Shown here in pieces: positions 52,384 through 64,000 of a stretch of DNA of 64,000 bases. The position numbers were made by a program, and so were the translations under genes. The notes beneath the pieces were generated by a model. That model had not been told where the DNA came from. It worked only from the letters and a program-made list of their open reading frames with translations, and made no database searches. Source of the DNA: the human T2T-CHM13v2.0 reference genome, Homo sapiens; NCBI RefSeq assembly GCF_009914755.1, contig NC_060944.1. One strand, written 5' to 3'. The number at the start of each line of letters is the position of its first letter. Positions within the stretch are counted from its first letter, which is position 1.

Positions 52384-52499
52384 GCATTCTAGAAAAATTA
52401 TACTAACAGAGTAAAAGGAAGGTAATACTCTTTCATCCTTGCATTCTAGAAAACTTAAATTATACTAACAGAGTAAGGAGAGAGTAATCATTCTTCATC
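52384..52499. repeat. degenerate tandem duplication, period 57 bp
   Basis: gcattctagaaaa...aattatactaacagagtaa...gtaat...ttcatc occurs twice. Confidence 0.8.
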
Positions 52500-54266
52500 A
52501 TCAGTTAGGACGTGTGTATGTTCCCTTTATAAGATTATATACTATACATCACATGTCACCTATCACATTACATGGCTTTGCTTTTATGAGAGGGATCAAA
52601 TGATACATGACATTTGAAAGTTGATTTAACCTACACTCACTGACATTATTCTGTATCAGTAAAGATCTATGTATATTCTCCCATGAATGCCTGCTTAGTG
52701 TTCTGCAGCATGGATTTGTCCTTATTTAATTAAGCAATCCCCCACTGATGGACATTTAGGTTGTTTCCAGCTTTTCCCCCTTTAAAACAATATTGCTAAG
52801 AATATGTTTGTACATATATTACAAATATATACTCTTCGTACACTTTTCCAATGATCTCCTTAAGATGAATAATTAATATTTCAAGGGTAAAGGATGCCAT
52901 TTCTCTTATATATCCTATATTTAGGGCTGGAATCCAACCTAGTCAATAATCTAGCCCTGATCACATATGCATATTCATAAAAATGCACCTAGCTGCCAAT
53001 TCTCTCCTCCTTCTTGCGATTTAAACTCATCCTTTCCAATTAAGAAACTTCCTTCTTTTTGCAGAAATTGGGGTCACTGTAGGGAAAGGGGGGTGTCTCT
53101 GATTTTATTTTATCCACTCTTTTCTTCATTCGGTGAAGTCTCTTCTTCATAGCTCCCAATTACAAATAGCTTCATCTTGATTGCTTCCCTGGAGTCATAA
53201 CCCTCTCACAGATCCACACACACATTTGCACACAGGTTGAGCACTAGGTTACCTGGAAGTCCCAAAGCCACATTTGGAAACACTACTCGGCACAGCAAAT
53301 GACATCGCAAAGTCGATGAAATGAAATTGTCAAGCGTAAGAAAATGCAAGCCGTGCTTCAGAACGCGCTGCTGCCCATGTGATGTGCAAGTGGCATCGAG
53401 TCTGCAGGATAAATTCATCTTCAGACAGAAAACAAAAGTGGAATTGAGTGGTATTTAAGCATCTAAAAATTCTACTCAGTTTTAATAAAACAATATAGGT
53501 ATATAGTAGACATTTTTTTCCCAAACAAAAACAGTGAAAAGTTTCTCCCCTACCTCATCCCCGCTCCCACTTCAAGATTCTTCTTCCCAGAGGCAACCAT
53601 TTCTACCATTTTCTTACATCTCCCCCCGTAAAAGTTCTTTGCACACATCAACAAGCTGTACATATGTAGGCATCTCTCTCTTTACCCAGTAAGCTACATG
53701 CTGGACACATTGTCCTGCATTTAGCCCTTTTCACTTAAAATATCTGAATCAGTATTCCTTTGTGCGAATGAACCACAGTTTAACCCCTTGCTAATAAAAC
53801 GGTTGGGCTCGGTCTTTTGCTCCTACAATGGTCTTCTCCCCCAGGTAAACCAGGTCTGTTGTTAAATCACTACCACAGAAACTGGGCTGAAAGTGCATTC
53901 AGTCTTGGTCACTGTTGCCAAACTGCCTTCCAAAGAAACCCTTCCAATTTGCACTCCCCCAAATCGGGTTTCAGAGTGCCTGTTTCCCCACACACTTGCC
54001 CCTTCAATGTCTTGTCAACTTTTTCATTCCTCAACCAGATCTGGGGAAATGGTCTCAAGACATTTCTGATTGCTAAACAGCCTATATGAGTTTTGCTGGA
54101 AACTAAGCTCCAAGGGAGAGTGGAATGATTGGGCTCCAAACCCCCACTGAGCCAGGAGTTAGAAATTCTAAGGGAGGCCGGCCCCATGGAATGTCTTCCC
54201 CATGAGAAGGAAGGGCAGGTAGGTTGTGTTTACCCTGCAGGAATGAGGGAGGGCCTGTGCCCTGGT

Positions 54267-54289
54267 GGGGATGGGGGAGGGTGGGGGGG
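54267..54289 (+). other. canonical G-quadruplex motif
   Basis: GGGG-AT-GGGGG-A-GGG-T-GGGGGGG. Confidence 0.6.
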
Positions 54290-54588
54290 CCCTTCCTTTG
54301 CCTGGCGTCACCCTGCCGCCGACAGTCACTTTACCCCAAGGGCCAAGGGTCCCCTGGGGACCCAGCAGCAGGGACACCACCTGGCTGCTTTGAGAGGTCA
54401 AACCCCGGACAGGACCTGTCCACTCCGAACGATGCACCTGCTTAAGCATATTTAACTACAGAAGGCAGCAAGATCCCCACATTCCCAGATGTCATCCAAA
54501 GCCTCCTTGAAATTCCCATGCCTTCCCCACCTCCCACCTCAATCCTGCCCAAGTAATAAACAGGGCTGATTGCATTGGAAATGAATGA

Positions 54589-54923
<335 letters not shown>

Positions 54924-55799
54924 TGATATTTGAGCAAAACTTTTGCATACACGACAGTCCTTCAATTCTTTGTCTTTTTCCACAGCTGCTTGTAAAGCCC
55001 GCGAAAAGGGTCTGGTATAAAAGATTTTCTTTCAGCTGTGATTTCCTGCAAGACTAAGGGACATTGGGCATTTCAGCTGCTAACCTGCTAAAAAGACTAC
55101 TCAATCTTTTGTATTTTGGGGGGGCCTCTCTGCATTTTGCTTCCTTTTAAATTCACATCCAAGGAGGAATTTGGAGCACTTAATTTCTCACTTTTCCAAG
55201 TTACTCTCTACACGATTTTGTCAGCCTGGCCCAACCAGCAGCACTTTCTGTGAATACACGATTCTCACTCATTTCCTTCTCAGAGTAAGCAGCTTTTTTC
55301 ACCCCAAGGAAAATGATTCTTGGTCATCATTTTGGATATTGACACGAATCTGGAACATTATTCTGCATTTGAACATTTGTAAAGACTTTAGTGACATGAA
55401 AATGTATTTCTGCTACAACAAGATTTTAATCTAACTTCATTGACTGTTGTTTCAGAAAAATAACATTTGCATTGGTTTAAGAAAATTTTTACCTTACAAT
55501 TTTCATCTCCTCTTCCTTGTTGCCTATAAATATTTTTAAGAAACTGGAAATAAATGACCTGCAAACAGCCAAAGGGGGACAAAAGTGTTCTGGTGTTCAA
55601 GGCTGGGAGGTCTTTTTTTCCCCCTAACTCTTGAAAGGAACCTGTCCATTAGCTCTTAGATGAAGTTCTCAGGTGTTTGTGCCTTCAGCAAGCTGTGGTG
55701 AGTCTGAGCAAAATGAAGCTGCGATGCATCAGAGAGTTAAATGTAAATAGCTCCTCCTTGCAGGACGCTTGGCTCCCGCTGTACGTAGGTGGAGTTTGG

Positions 55800-56150
55800 A
55801 ATCTGGGGTCCCACAAACCCCTTGCATTTTTGGTTGATTGTCTTTAATTACTTTTGAGTGCTGAGCAAGGTTGCTCATGCCTCCAGGCGTCCATGACAGA
55901 CAAGGAATGTTTTTTAATGCCATGTATAAGGAGCACGTCATTAAGCATCAAACAGAGCAAAAATGACAAGAATAGCGAGTGTATCATTATGGCCTTCATT
56001 TAAGTAGAAAATACAGTAAACAGAAAGAAAAACCAACTACACGGGGTAATGGGGAGCGGATTTATTTGTTTCGATTGCCGACTATTCAGAAAGGCATTTA
56101 TACTCGGATTCTCACCGCACTCACCGAAGCTTTAATTTCTCAGGTTGAAG
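55800..56150. promoter_or_regulatory. candidate enhancer / conserved non-coding-like block
   Basis: TAATTA 55845, ACGTCATTAA 55935, TTATGGCC 55987, TATTTGTTT 56063; retained CpGs. Confidence 0.35.
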
Positions 56151-56334
56151 GATGAAGGGACAAAGGGGGAGGAGGGTGAAGCGAGCAAAGGGGTTCTCAT
56201 CTACCCTCAAGAAAACAAGTTAAATGCCACTTTAGTGTCTAAAGGGAAAAAGTTATCACTAATTATTTTTTATAATTTCTTTCTGGGGAGAAGAGTAAAA
56301 TATGGAGATGTTCCCATGTTGCCAGAGTTAAGCC

Positions 56335-56522
56335 CATCACATTTAGCAAATCAAACTACGGGACACTCAATTAAATGTTAATTTTAGATAAACGATAATT
56401 TTTTTAAGGATAAGTCTTTCTCACGCAATATTTGGGACATACTTATACTAAAAAAAAGAGTATTCATTGTTTATCTAAAATGAACATTTAACGGGGTCTC
56501 CTGTGTTTAATTTGGCAACCCT
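56335..56522. mobile_element. MER53 palindromic MITE
   Basis: atttagcaaat...ttagataaacg...tatttgggacatacttatact...gtttatctaa...tttggcaaccc. Confidence 0.7.
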
Positions 56523-56788
56523 TTTAGAGGTAGGAATCCAAATGCTGGCTCCTTATAATTCCATCATCTGTGCATCTGGATCACAGGAAAATTAAGTGCC
56601 ACTCCACTCCATAAACAGAGAGATTAAATAGGGGGCACGTATGATAGTCAAAAGGATAAATAATATTATCAGTGAGTTATACTTTATACCCAACAGCATA
56701 CGTTTGTATTAGCAACAATGGGCACATGTGGAATTGCAATGGTGGACCCCGTGAATCTGCACTGTGGAAGTAGAGAGGTGGACACTTG

Positions 56789-57420
56789 TGTTACCGGAAA
56801 GGGGTCCCGATCCAGACCCCAAGAAAGGGTTCTTGGATCTCACACAAGAAAGAATTTGAGGTAAATCCTTAGAGTAACATGAAAGCAAGTTTATTAAGAA
56901 AATAAAGGAATCAAAGAGCGGCTACTCCATAGGCAGAGCAGCCCTGAGGGCTGCTGGTTGCCCATTTTTATGTTTTTTTTAAATTATATGTTAAACAAGG
57001 GGTGGATTATTCATGAGTTTTCCCAGGAAAGGCATGGGCAGTTTCGGAGCTGCGGGCTCCTCCCCTTTTTAGACCGTATAGGGTAGCTTCCAGACGTTGC
57101 CATGACATCTGTAAACTGACATGGTGCTGGTGGGAGTGTCTTCTAGCATGCTAATGCATTATAATTAGCAGGTTATGAGCAGCGAGGACACCAAGAGGTC
57201 ACTCCTGTTGCCATCTTGGTTTTGGTGGGTTATGGCTGGCTTCTTTACTACAACCTGTTTTATTGGGCAGGTCTTTATGACCTGGATCTTGTGCTGACCT
57301 CCTATTTCATCCTGTGATTAGAATGCCCAACCAATGGGAAATGCAGCCCAGCAGGTTTCAGGCTTATTTTACCCAGTCCCTATTCAGGATGGAGTTGCTC
57401 TGGTTCAAACGCCTCTGACA
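56789..57420 (-). mobile_element. MER41B-type ERV1 solo LTR, uninterrupted
   Basis: tgttaccggaaaggggtcccgatccagacccc...tggttcaaacgcctctgaca; TSD cttg; retains the GAS-bearing segment at about 57016-57058. Confidence 0.9.
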
Positions 57421-58343
57421 CTTGAACCGAGGATCGTGGCGGAAAGGGCTGGACATGGAGATTCAAGGAATGGCCTCTGGCCACTTCCTGGTGGTGTGGC
57501 CCTGAGAAAGCTGCTTAAACTCCTACACCCTGGGTTTCCTCATCTGTAAAACACAAATAACTGTACGTGTCTCCAGAACTTGTACTCTCCGAGATAACAC
57601 AAGTAAAGCCTGAAGCTCAGGGATGGACGAAGAGCCCTCGAGAAACCGTGGGTGTCCTGTGGAGAGACAGTGCTGCCTCACGGTTAAGGACACTGGGAGT
57701 GAGGGAGAGACAACAGAATTTTGGTAGCTTCCTGTCCTTGGGCCAATGACTTCACTCTCAGAGTATTCTTTTTTTTTTTTTTTTCTGCTGACTATCCTTT
57801 TAAAATTTAAACTGCAATCAGCCCTTTAAAATGGAAATGAGATCTCGTCATTCCCCTGTTCAAAGATCTCAAATGGCTCCATACCACACTTGGAATAAAA
57901 GCCAGGCCTTTTACATTCCCTAGGAGACCCCATGTGATGTCCCCACCACCCACCAAGGGAACTGTCACTTTGGCCATGCTGGCCTCCTCTCAACTCCTCA
58001 GACCTCCAACAGCACTGGGACTGGGGGAGGCAAGAGGGGTACCCGGTGTGCAGGATTTATGGAGGCCTTTGCTTTCAGGATCATGCGAGTTTTCACAGGT
58101 TTTGCAGACGCTCATGTGGGCCTAAAAAATGGCACCCTATACCCTCTGAGGTCGTTGTCTGTGCTTTGGGAACAATTCTGACCTGGCACAAAAGATTCTT
58201 GGGCCTGAGGTTGAGGCCAGGTGCAGAAAATTCAAATAAGCTATGGAACTTTCTCTTCACTTATTTGATGACATTTATCAGGTAACAGTATTGAGCACCT
58301 ACTGTATCCCTGCTGTAAGACCCTAACAAACCACCCAATAAGA

Positions 58344-58435
58344 TTATTTTATATTTTATTTTATTTTATTTTTATTTTTAGAGATAGGGTCTTGCTCTGT
58401 CACCCAGGCTGGAGTGCAGTGGCCCGATCATAGCC
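58344..58435 (-). mobile_element. 5'-truncated AluJ fragment
   Basis: (TATTT)n tail plus gagatagggtcttgctctgtcacccagg. Confidence 0.8.
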
Positions 58436-58462
58436 AGGTTATATTTTAAAAAGATAGAACTG

Positions 58463-58752
58463 AGCTGGGCACGTGGCTCACGCCTATAAACCCAGCATTT
58501 TGGGTGGCCAAGGCAGGACCACTTGAGCCCAGGAGTTCAAGACCAGCCCTAGGCAACACAGTGAGACCCCCATCTCTACAAAAAATAGAAAAAAATATCT
58601 GGGTGTGGTGGCGCACATTTCTAGTCCCAAATACTTGGGAGGCTGAGGTGGGAGGATCACTTGAGCCTGGGAAGTTGAGGCTGCAGTGAGCCATGATTGC
58701 GCCACTGCACTCCAACCTGGGAAACAAAGCAATACACTATCTTTAAAAAAAA
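58463..58752 (+). mobile_element. AluJ
   Basis: ggaggatcacttgagcctgggaagttgaggctgcag. Confidence 0.9.
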
Positions 58753-58769
58753 GCACTTTGTATAGGCCA

Positions 58770-58975
58770 AGCATCAGATCAGGTGCTTTATAACAATTAC
58801 GTAATAAACAATGCCCATTCTTTGAGTTTTTGCCAAGTAGGTCCAGTTGGCAATTAGCAAACAATAAAAGCATAATTGACATCCCCATTGCACAGGTGAG
58901 GAAACAGGAACAAGTCACTGTCTTAAGGTTGCACAGCTAGGAAGTGATGGAGCTGGGATTTGAACCCACAGTGTC
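58770..58975 (-). mobile_element. MIR
   Basis: atccccattgcacaggtgaggaaacagg...ggagctgggatttgaaccc. Confidence 0.65.
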
Positions 58976-59360
58976 CTGTTTTTGCTTCATTCACCCTTTT
59001 CCCTTTACCCTTTGTTTTTGCCCTTTTCACTCATAGACAAGACTACCCTGTCTTTGAGCTGCATACAACATGTGTGAACCCATCTGAAAAAGAAAGGATT
59101 TTGTTGAAAAAGTTGAGATCAGTTGACCAGTCAAATCACTCCAAAGTCATTAGTTCCGGTCACCAGACATGGTTATAAGGAAGTGACTAAAACCAACAAC
59201 AGCCTTTTGGCCTGTGACTATTTGCCGCTCTCAATTGTCTAGCAATCAGAGAACCAGCCTGTGGCAAAATGAAAATGATGTTTCAGGTCACGATTGAATT
59301 GAATTGAAATGTTTGTTCATCTTCTCTCCATTCTCAGCTGAATTTCCTTGTGTGTTAGCA

Positions 59361-60658
59361 CAGGGGTCAGAAAACTTTTTCTGCAAAGGGCCAGAGGGTA
59401 AATATTTTCAGTTTATCAGGCCATATAGTCACTGTTCCAACAACTCAGCTCTGCCGTTATAGTTCAAAAGTAGCCAGAGATGACAGAGGAACAATTGGGC
59501 GTGGCTGTGTTCCAATAAAACTTATGCAGTCAATTCTCATTACTCATAGCAGTTATGTTCTATGAAGTTGCCATGAAGCCTGAATTGGCAAACACTCTTG
59601 GGGCAGGCAAGGTTGCCCTTGGTCACAATATCTTGTCAACTGATCAATACATAACTTCGTTTTATGTGTGCTTCTCTTTAAACATACCTTATTTAATATG
59701 CATAATTGATTCATTAACATTGAACTCAAGGCCAACAGCCCTATAACTCATCCCTGAACACAGCTCAGGTGTCAGATGAGCTAAAGCTACATGTATAAAC
59801 ATAGCTTCTCCTTAAGGCACGTATCGGCCTTGCTGTACTTTGGAACACTAGCCAGCATTTCTACACTACACTTGGGGGCCATTTTGTTTTAATTATTATT
59901 TTTTTGAGACAGTGTCTTGCTCCATTGCCCAGGCTGGAGTACAGTGGTACCATCACGGCTCACTGCAGCCTTCACTTCCCAGGCTCAAGCCATCATTCTA
60001 CTTCAGCCTCCCAAAGCTGGGAATAGAGGTGCGCACCACCATGCCTGGCTAATTCTTTTAAAGAAATTTTTGTAGAGGCAAGGTCTCACTATGTTGTCCA
60101 GGCTGGTCTTGAACCCCTGGGCTCAAGTGATCTTCCTGTCTTGGCCTCCCAAAGTGCTGGCATTACAGGCATGAGCCACCATGCCTGGCCTTGGGGGCCA
60201 TTTTAAATATTGAAATCACCAATAAAAAGCAACAAAATGTGAAAAACATGGCACTCAATAGACCACAGAAAAGACATTAGTTCAGTGTGAAACAAAGAGG
60301 CAGGGCATCGCCCTGTTTGGCCTCAGTGAGGAACACGTGCACTGGGCAACTTAAACTTTTCCCTGCTTTGTGCATGTCTAAGAATGATCACAGAAGCACC
60401 TCCAGAATTGCTATTGGGCTTAAAAATACAGTTCAGCCAGTAGCCAAATTTGCAAACTGAGAATCCGCAAACAATGAGGATATCCTACATGGACACTGAA
60501 ATGTGAAGTTCGTGTAATTCTTATGTGTCACAAAATATTCTTCTGATTTTTTTTTTTTTAGTCATTTAAAAATATAGAAAACATTCTTAGCTTGTAGGTT
60601 GTACAAAATTAGGTGGTGGGCCAGATTTGGCCTTTGGGCTGTAATTTGCTGACCCCTG
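59361..60658. mobile_element. MER58B-like MITE containing MER82-like Tigger (about 59527-60488), which contains an AluJ
   Basis: caggggtcagaaaac...ccaataaaact[cagtcaattctcattac...aatccgcaaacaatgagga]atggacactgaaat...gctgacccctg. Confidence 0.7.
59883..60190 (-). mobile_element. AluJ
   Basis: TSD ttgggggccatttt. Confidence 0.9.
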
Positions 60659-61570
60659 ACATAGCTGATCAACCTTCTTGTTTTTGAGATTTCTCATGGA
60701 AAAGGACGGCCTGGAGCCTTTGAACAGGGTCTGTGTCTTCCTCCTGTGTCAGCAATGGGTAAGTTTGGCTCTTCTCACATAGGTAGGAAAACGAATGTAT
60801 CCCACATCCATTGTCTAATGCTAAGATGGTGAGGCAATAGCACCTCTTAAATACAGTGGGTAGCTCGCCTTACTTTCCAAATATAAGCAAGTAAAGGGTG
60901 AGCAGTTTTCTGAGAGCTCCCAGCACACTGAGTTATCTCCCAGTCATTGGCTCTGTCGTGACGATGTGAGGGCTAGAAGAATCAATGCATTATTTGAAGC
61001 CCAGCTTTTCCCTTTCTTAAAATTCCCTTCATCCTTGGAGTATCTATTAATAGAAGTTATAAATAAAAAAAGAAAAAGGAAATGCCAGTCTTGTAACTCC
61101 CAGAGACACATCCCTGCAGCCAGGACAATGAGGCCATTTATTCCAGCAATGGAGCCCGCTCTGAATGCCCAAAATGCTAACAGGAACTGGGGCGGGAATG
61201 CTAGAACTCGCTGAAATGCCTTCGCCTCCTAATTTTTTGCTTACCCATTGGCCCTTTTGTAAAGAGTTCTCAAGAAAAGCCCAGACATGTTGGAGGAGAT
61301 CGTTCCCCAAAATGCTTCCCAAAATAGATACAGGATCAAAGTAAAAATAAAACTGATGTTTCTCCATAATCTGAGACAGCTTTCCAAGTTGGGGATGATT
61401 CAAACTTTTGTCTTCTCATCATGGGGGTTAAAAGCTGGCCAGCATCCTGGAAGGAGAATTTCAGTGGTGGGTATTCACTGATTCATTCATTCATTAACAA
61501 ACATTGTCCAAACTTCTACCATCCACCAGGGACTCTGCCCAACTCTTAGGATGCAAGAGTGAATAGACCA

Positions 61571-61849
61571 GGCCAGACGCAGTGGCTCACACCTGTCATC
61601 CCAGCACTTTGGGAGGCTGAGGTGGGAGGATCACTTGAGCCCAGGAGTTCGAGACCAGCCTAGGCAACATGGTGAAACCCCGTCTCCACTAAAAATACAA
61701 AAATTAGCTGGGCATGGTGGTGCACGGTCTATAATCTCAGCTGAGGCATGAGAATCGCTTGAACCTGGGAGGCCGAGATTGCAGTGAGATGAGATCACGC
61801 CACTGCACTCCAGCCTGGGCAACAGAGGGAGACTGTCTCCAAAAAAAAA
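61571..61849 (+). mobile_element. Alu (Jb/Sz-like)
   Basis: TSD agtga(a/c)tagacca. Confidence 0.9.
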
Positions 61850-62320
61850 GTGACTAGACCATTGCCTCCTGGTTTTGCCATCTCTAGAATATCAGGGATA
61901 AAGGCCCAGTCCAACCTAGGTATCTAGAATCCTTTTAGGAGGGTTTTCTGAAAATTCCATCTTGTTTTCACTCAAGAGTTCAGAGATAGTCAAGTGACAT
62001 ATGCCTTAATCAATACACGACAGGAAACATCTGGAATCTCTCCCTTCTTTGCACTGAATCTTGCCAAAATAAAAAGTTAAACTTACTTTGATCAGTCAAT
62101 CAAATCAACATGAGATTACATTAGTCTGGCAATTTTTTTCATTTTAAAAAACCCTCTAAATCTGTGTTTGTGAACACAGGAATTCATTCTTGCTCTGTTC
62201 TGTCTCTGAAACCTTGATGCTTTTGTTAAGGATGGTTTTGTGTCTGTTCTTCACTCTGCAAAATTTGCCTCTGGCCAAAATCAAGAATTAGCTGACTTAA
62301 TTCCACCTAAAATCAGCTGA

Positions 62321-62654
<334 letters not shown>

Positions 62655-63109
62655 TGATTTTCACTGCTTCTGAGAAAATCTTCGGAAAGCAGAGGAGATT
62701 ATTTTAAGAGCAATGGGATCTGGAGTTGCCAAAGAGCCTGCGATTCCCCCTGGTTAATCTATCTGTCTGGTAACAGAAAAGACTTAACCGTGGAAGGGAG
62801 ACACCCTGACCTAAGCCAAGGTGGCCCTCTCAGTTTCTTTTGTAATAGCTGTACTGTCAACAGAGGCACGCAGCCCCAGGCCACTTTCTAAGACCCAAAC
62901 CAGCCAGATATCTCTTTGACAACATCTATAGCTCTGCCTACACCACCCAATTCATGGAGAGAGAGTTTCTAAGTAATTTGCTACAAGAAGTAGATGTCTT
63001 CACTCCTGTGAGGCTGGCTGGAACGTAGGTGGGAGGCGGCCACTGGGACATCAGATCAAGTTTGGTTTCTCCCTGATCACGGGCCGTTAGCAAATTTGAA
63101 AGATTTCTT

Positions 63110-63423
<314 letters not shown>

Positions 63424-63747
63424 GATTTCTTAAGCAATCATTCCTACTCAATATGGTTGGACAAATTTAAAACCTGAATTCTGAGTCACGTAGTATCTAG
63501 AGCCTCACAGAAAGAGACTGGAATACAAATTTCATAACTTGACACATTTGTGGGAGATACCTGGAGTTGGTAAGAACCTAAAGAAAGGGGCTGCTCATAG
63601 ACTATGGAAATAAAAATTGGTATTGCCTTAAACAAAAGAGGCTCCACAATGTTCATCAAAATGTAAAAGCACACATAGTCTTTGCTCAGAAATTCTGTTT
63701 AGAGCAAGGGTCTGTGAACTGCAGAGATGGTAAAAGCACAGGGCCCG

Positions 63748-64000
63748 GGCCAGGCGCGGTGGCTCATGCCTGTAATCCCAGCACTTTGGGAGGCCCAGGC
63801 AGCTGATCACCTGAGGTTGGGAGTTCAAGACTAGCCTGACCAACATGGAGAAACCCCATCTTTACTAAAAATACAAAAAATTATCCGGGCGTGATGGCTC
63901 ATGCCTGTAATCCCAGCTACTCAGGAGGCTGAGGCAGGAGAATGGCTTAAACCCGGGAGGCAGAAGTTGCGATGAGCCGAGATCACGCCATTGCACTCCA
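63748..64000 (+). mobile_element. AluSp-like (cut by window edge)
   Basis: gcctgaccaacatggagaaacccc. Confidence 0.9.

Noticed and set aside
56335-56522. Long hairpin suggesting a pre-miRNA
   Set aside because: Explained by the palindromic MER53 MITE; no mature-miRNA evidence from sequence alone.

Overview
This is primate (human-like) genomic DNA, not prokaryotic. I see no convincing protein-coding exon, RNA gene, CRISPR array or operon; the supplied ORFs are read-throughs of Alu, L1, LTR or simple-repeat sequence. The window is repeat-dense: about 40 Alus (J, S and Y types, many with target-site duplications, TSDs), L1PA and old L1M pieces, MIR/L2, MaLR LTRs (THE1, MST, MLT1), ERV LTRs (three MER41, MER34-like, LTR16-like) and hAT/Tigger MITEs (MER1B, MER20, MER33, MER53, MER58, MER82). 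The main unique element is a CpG island at about 50.9-52.1 kb with CCAAT/GC boxes and SOX, homeodomain, POU and MEIS motifs but no visible coding exon. Several repeat-free, AT-rich, homeobox-motif blocks (about 15, 24, 28.8 and 56 kb) look like developmental enhancers. The most unusual observations are: two inverted MER41A-type LTRs that independently took Alus at almost the same site; a MER41B-type LTR whose GAS motif has 4-nt (STAT6-type) spacing; a ~184-bp local templated duplication; composite Alus; and a nearly abutting inverted Alu pair. I cannot place the locus or name a gene, and I see no evidence of a new coding system. Repeat subfamily names come from recalled consensus sequences and need RepeatMasker/Dfam confirmation; boundaries of old repeats are approximate.
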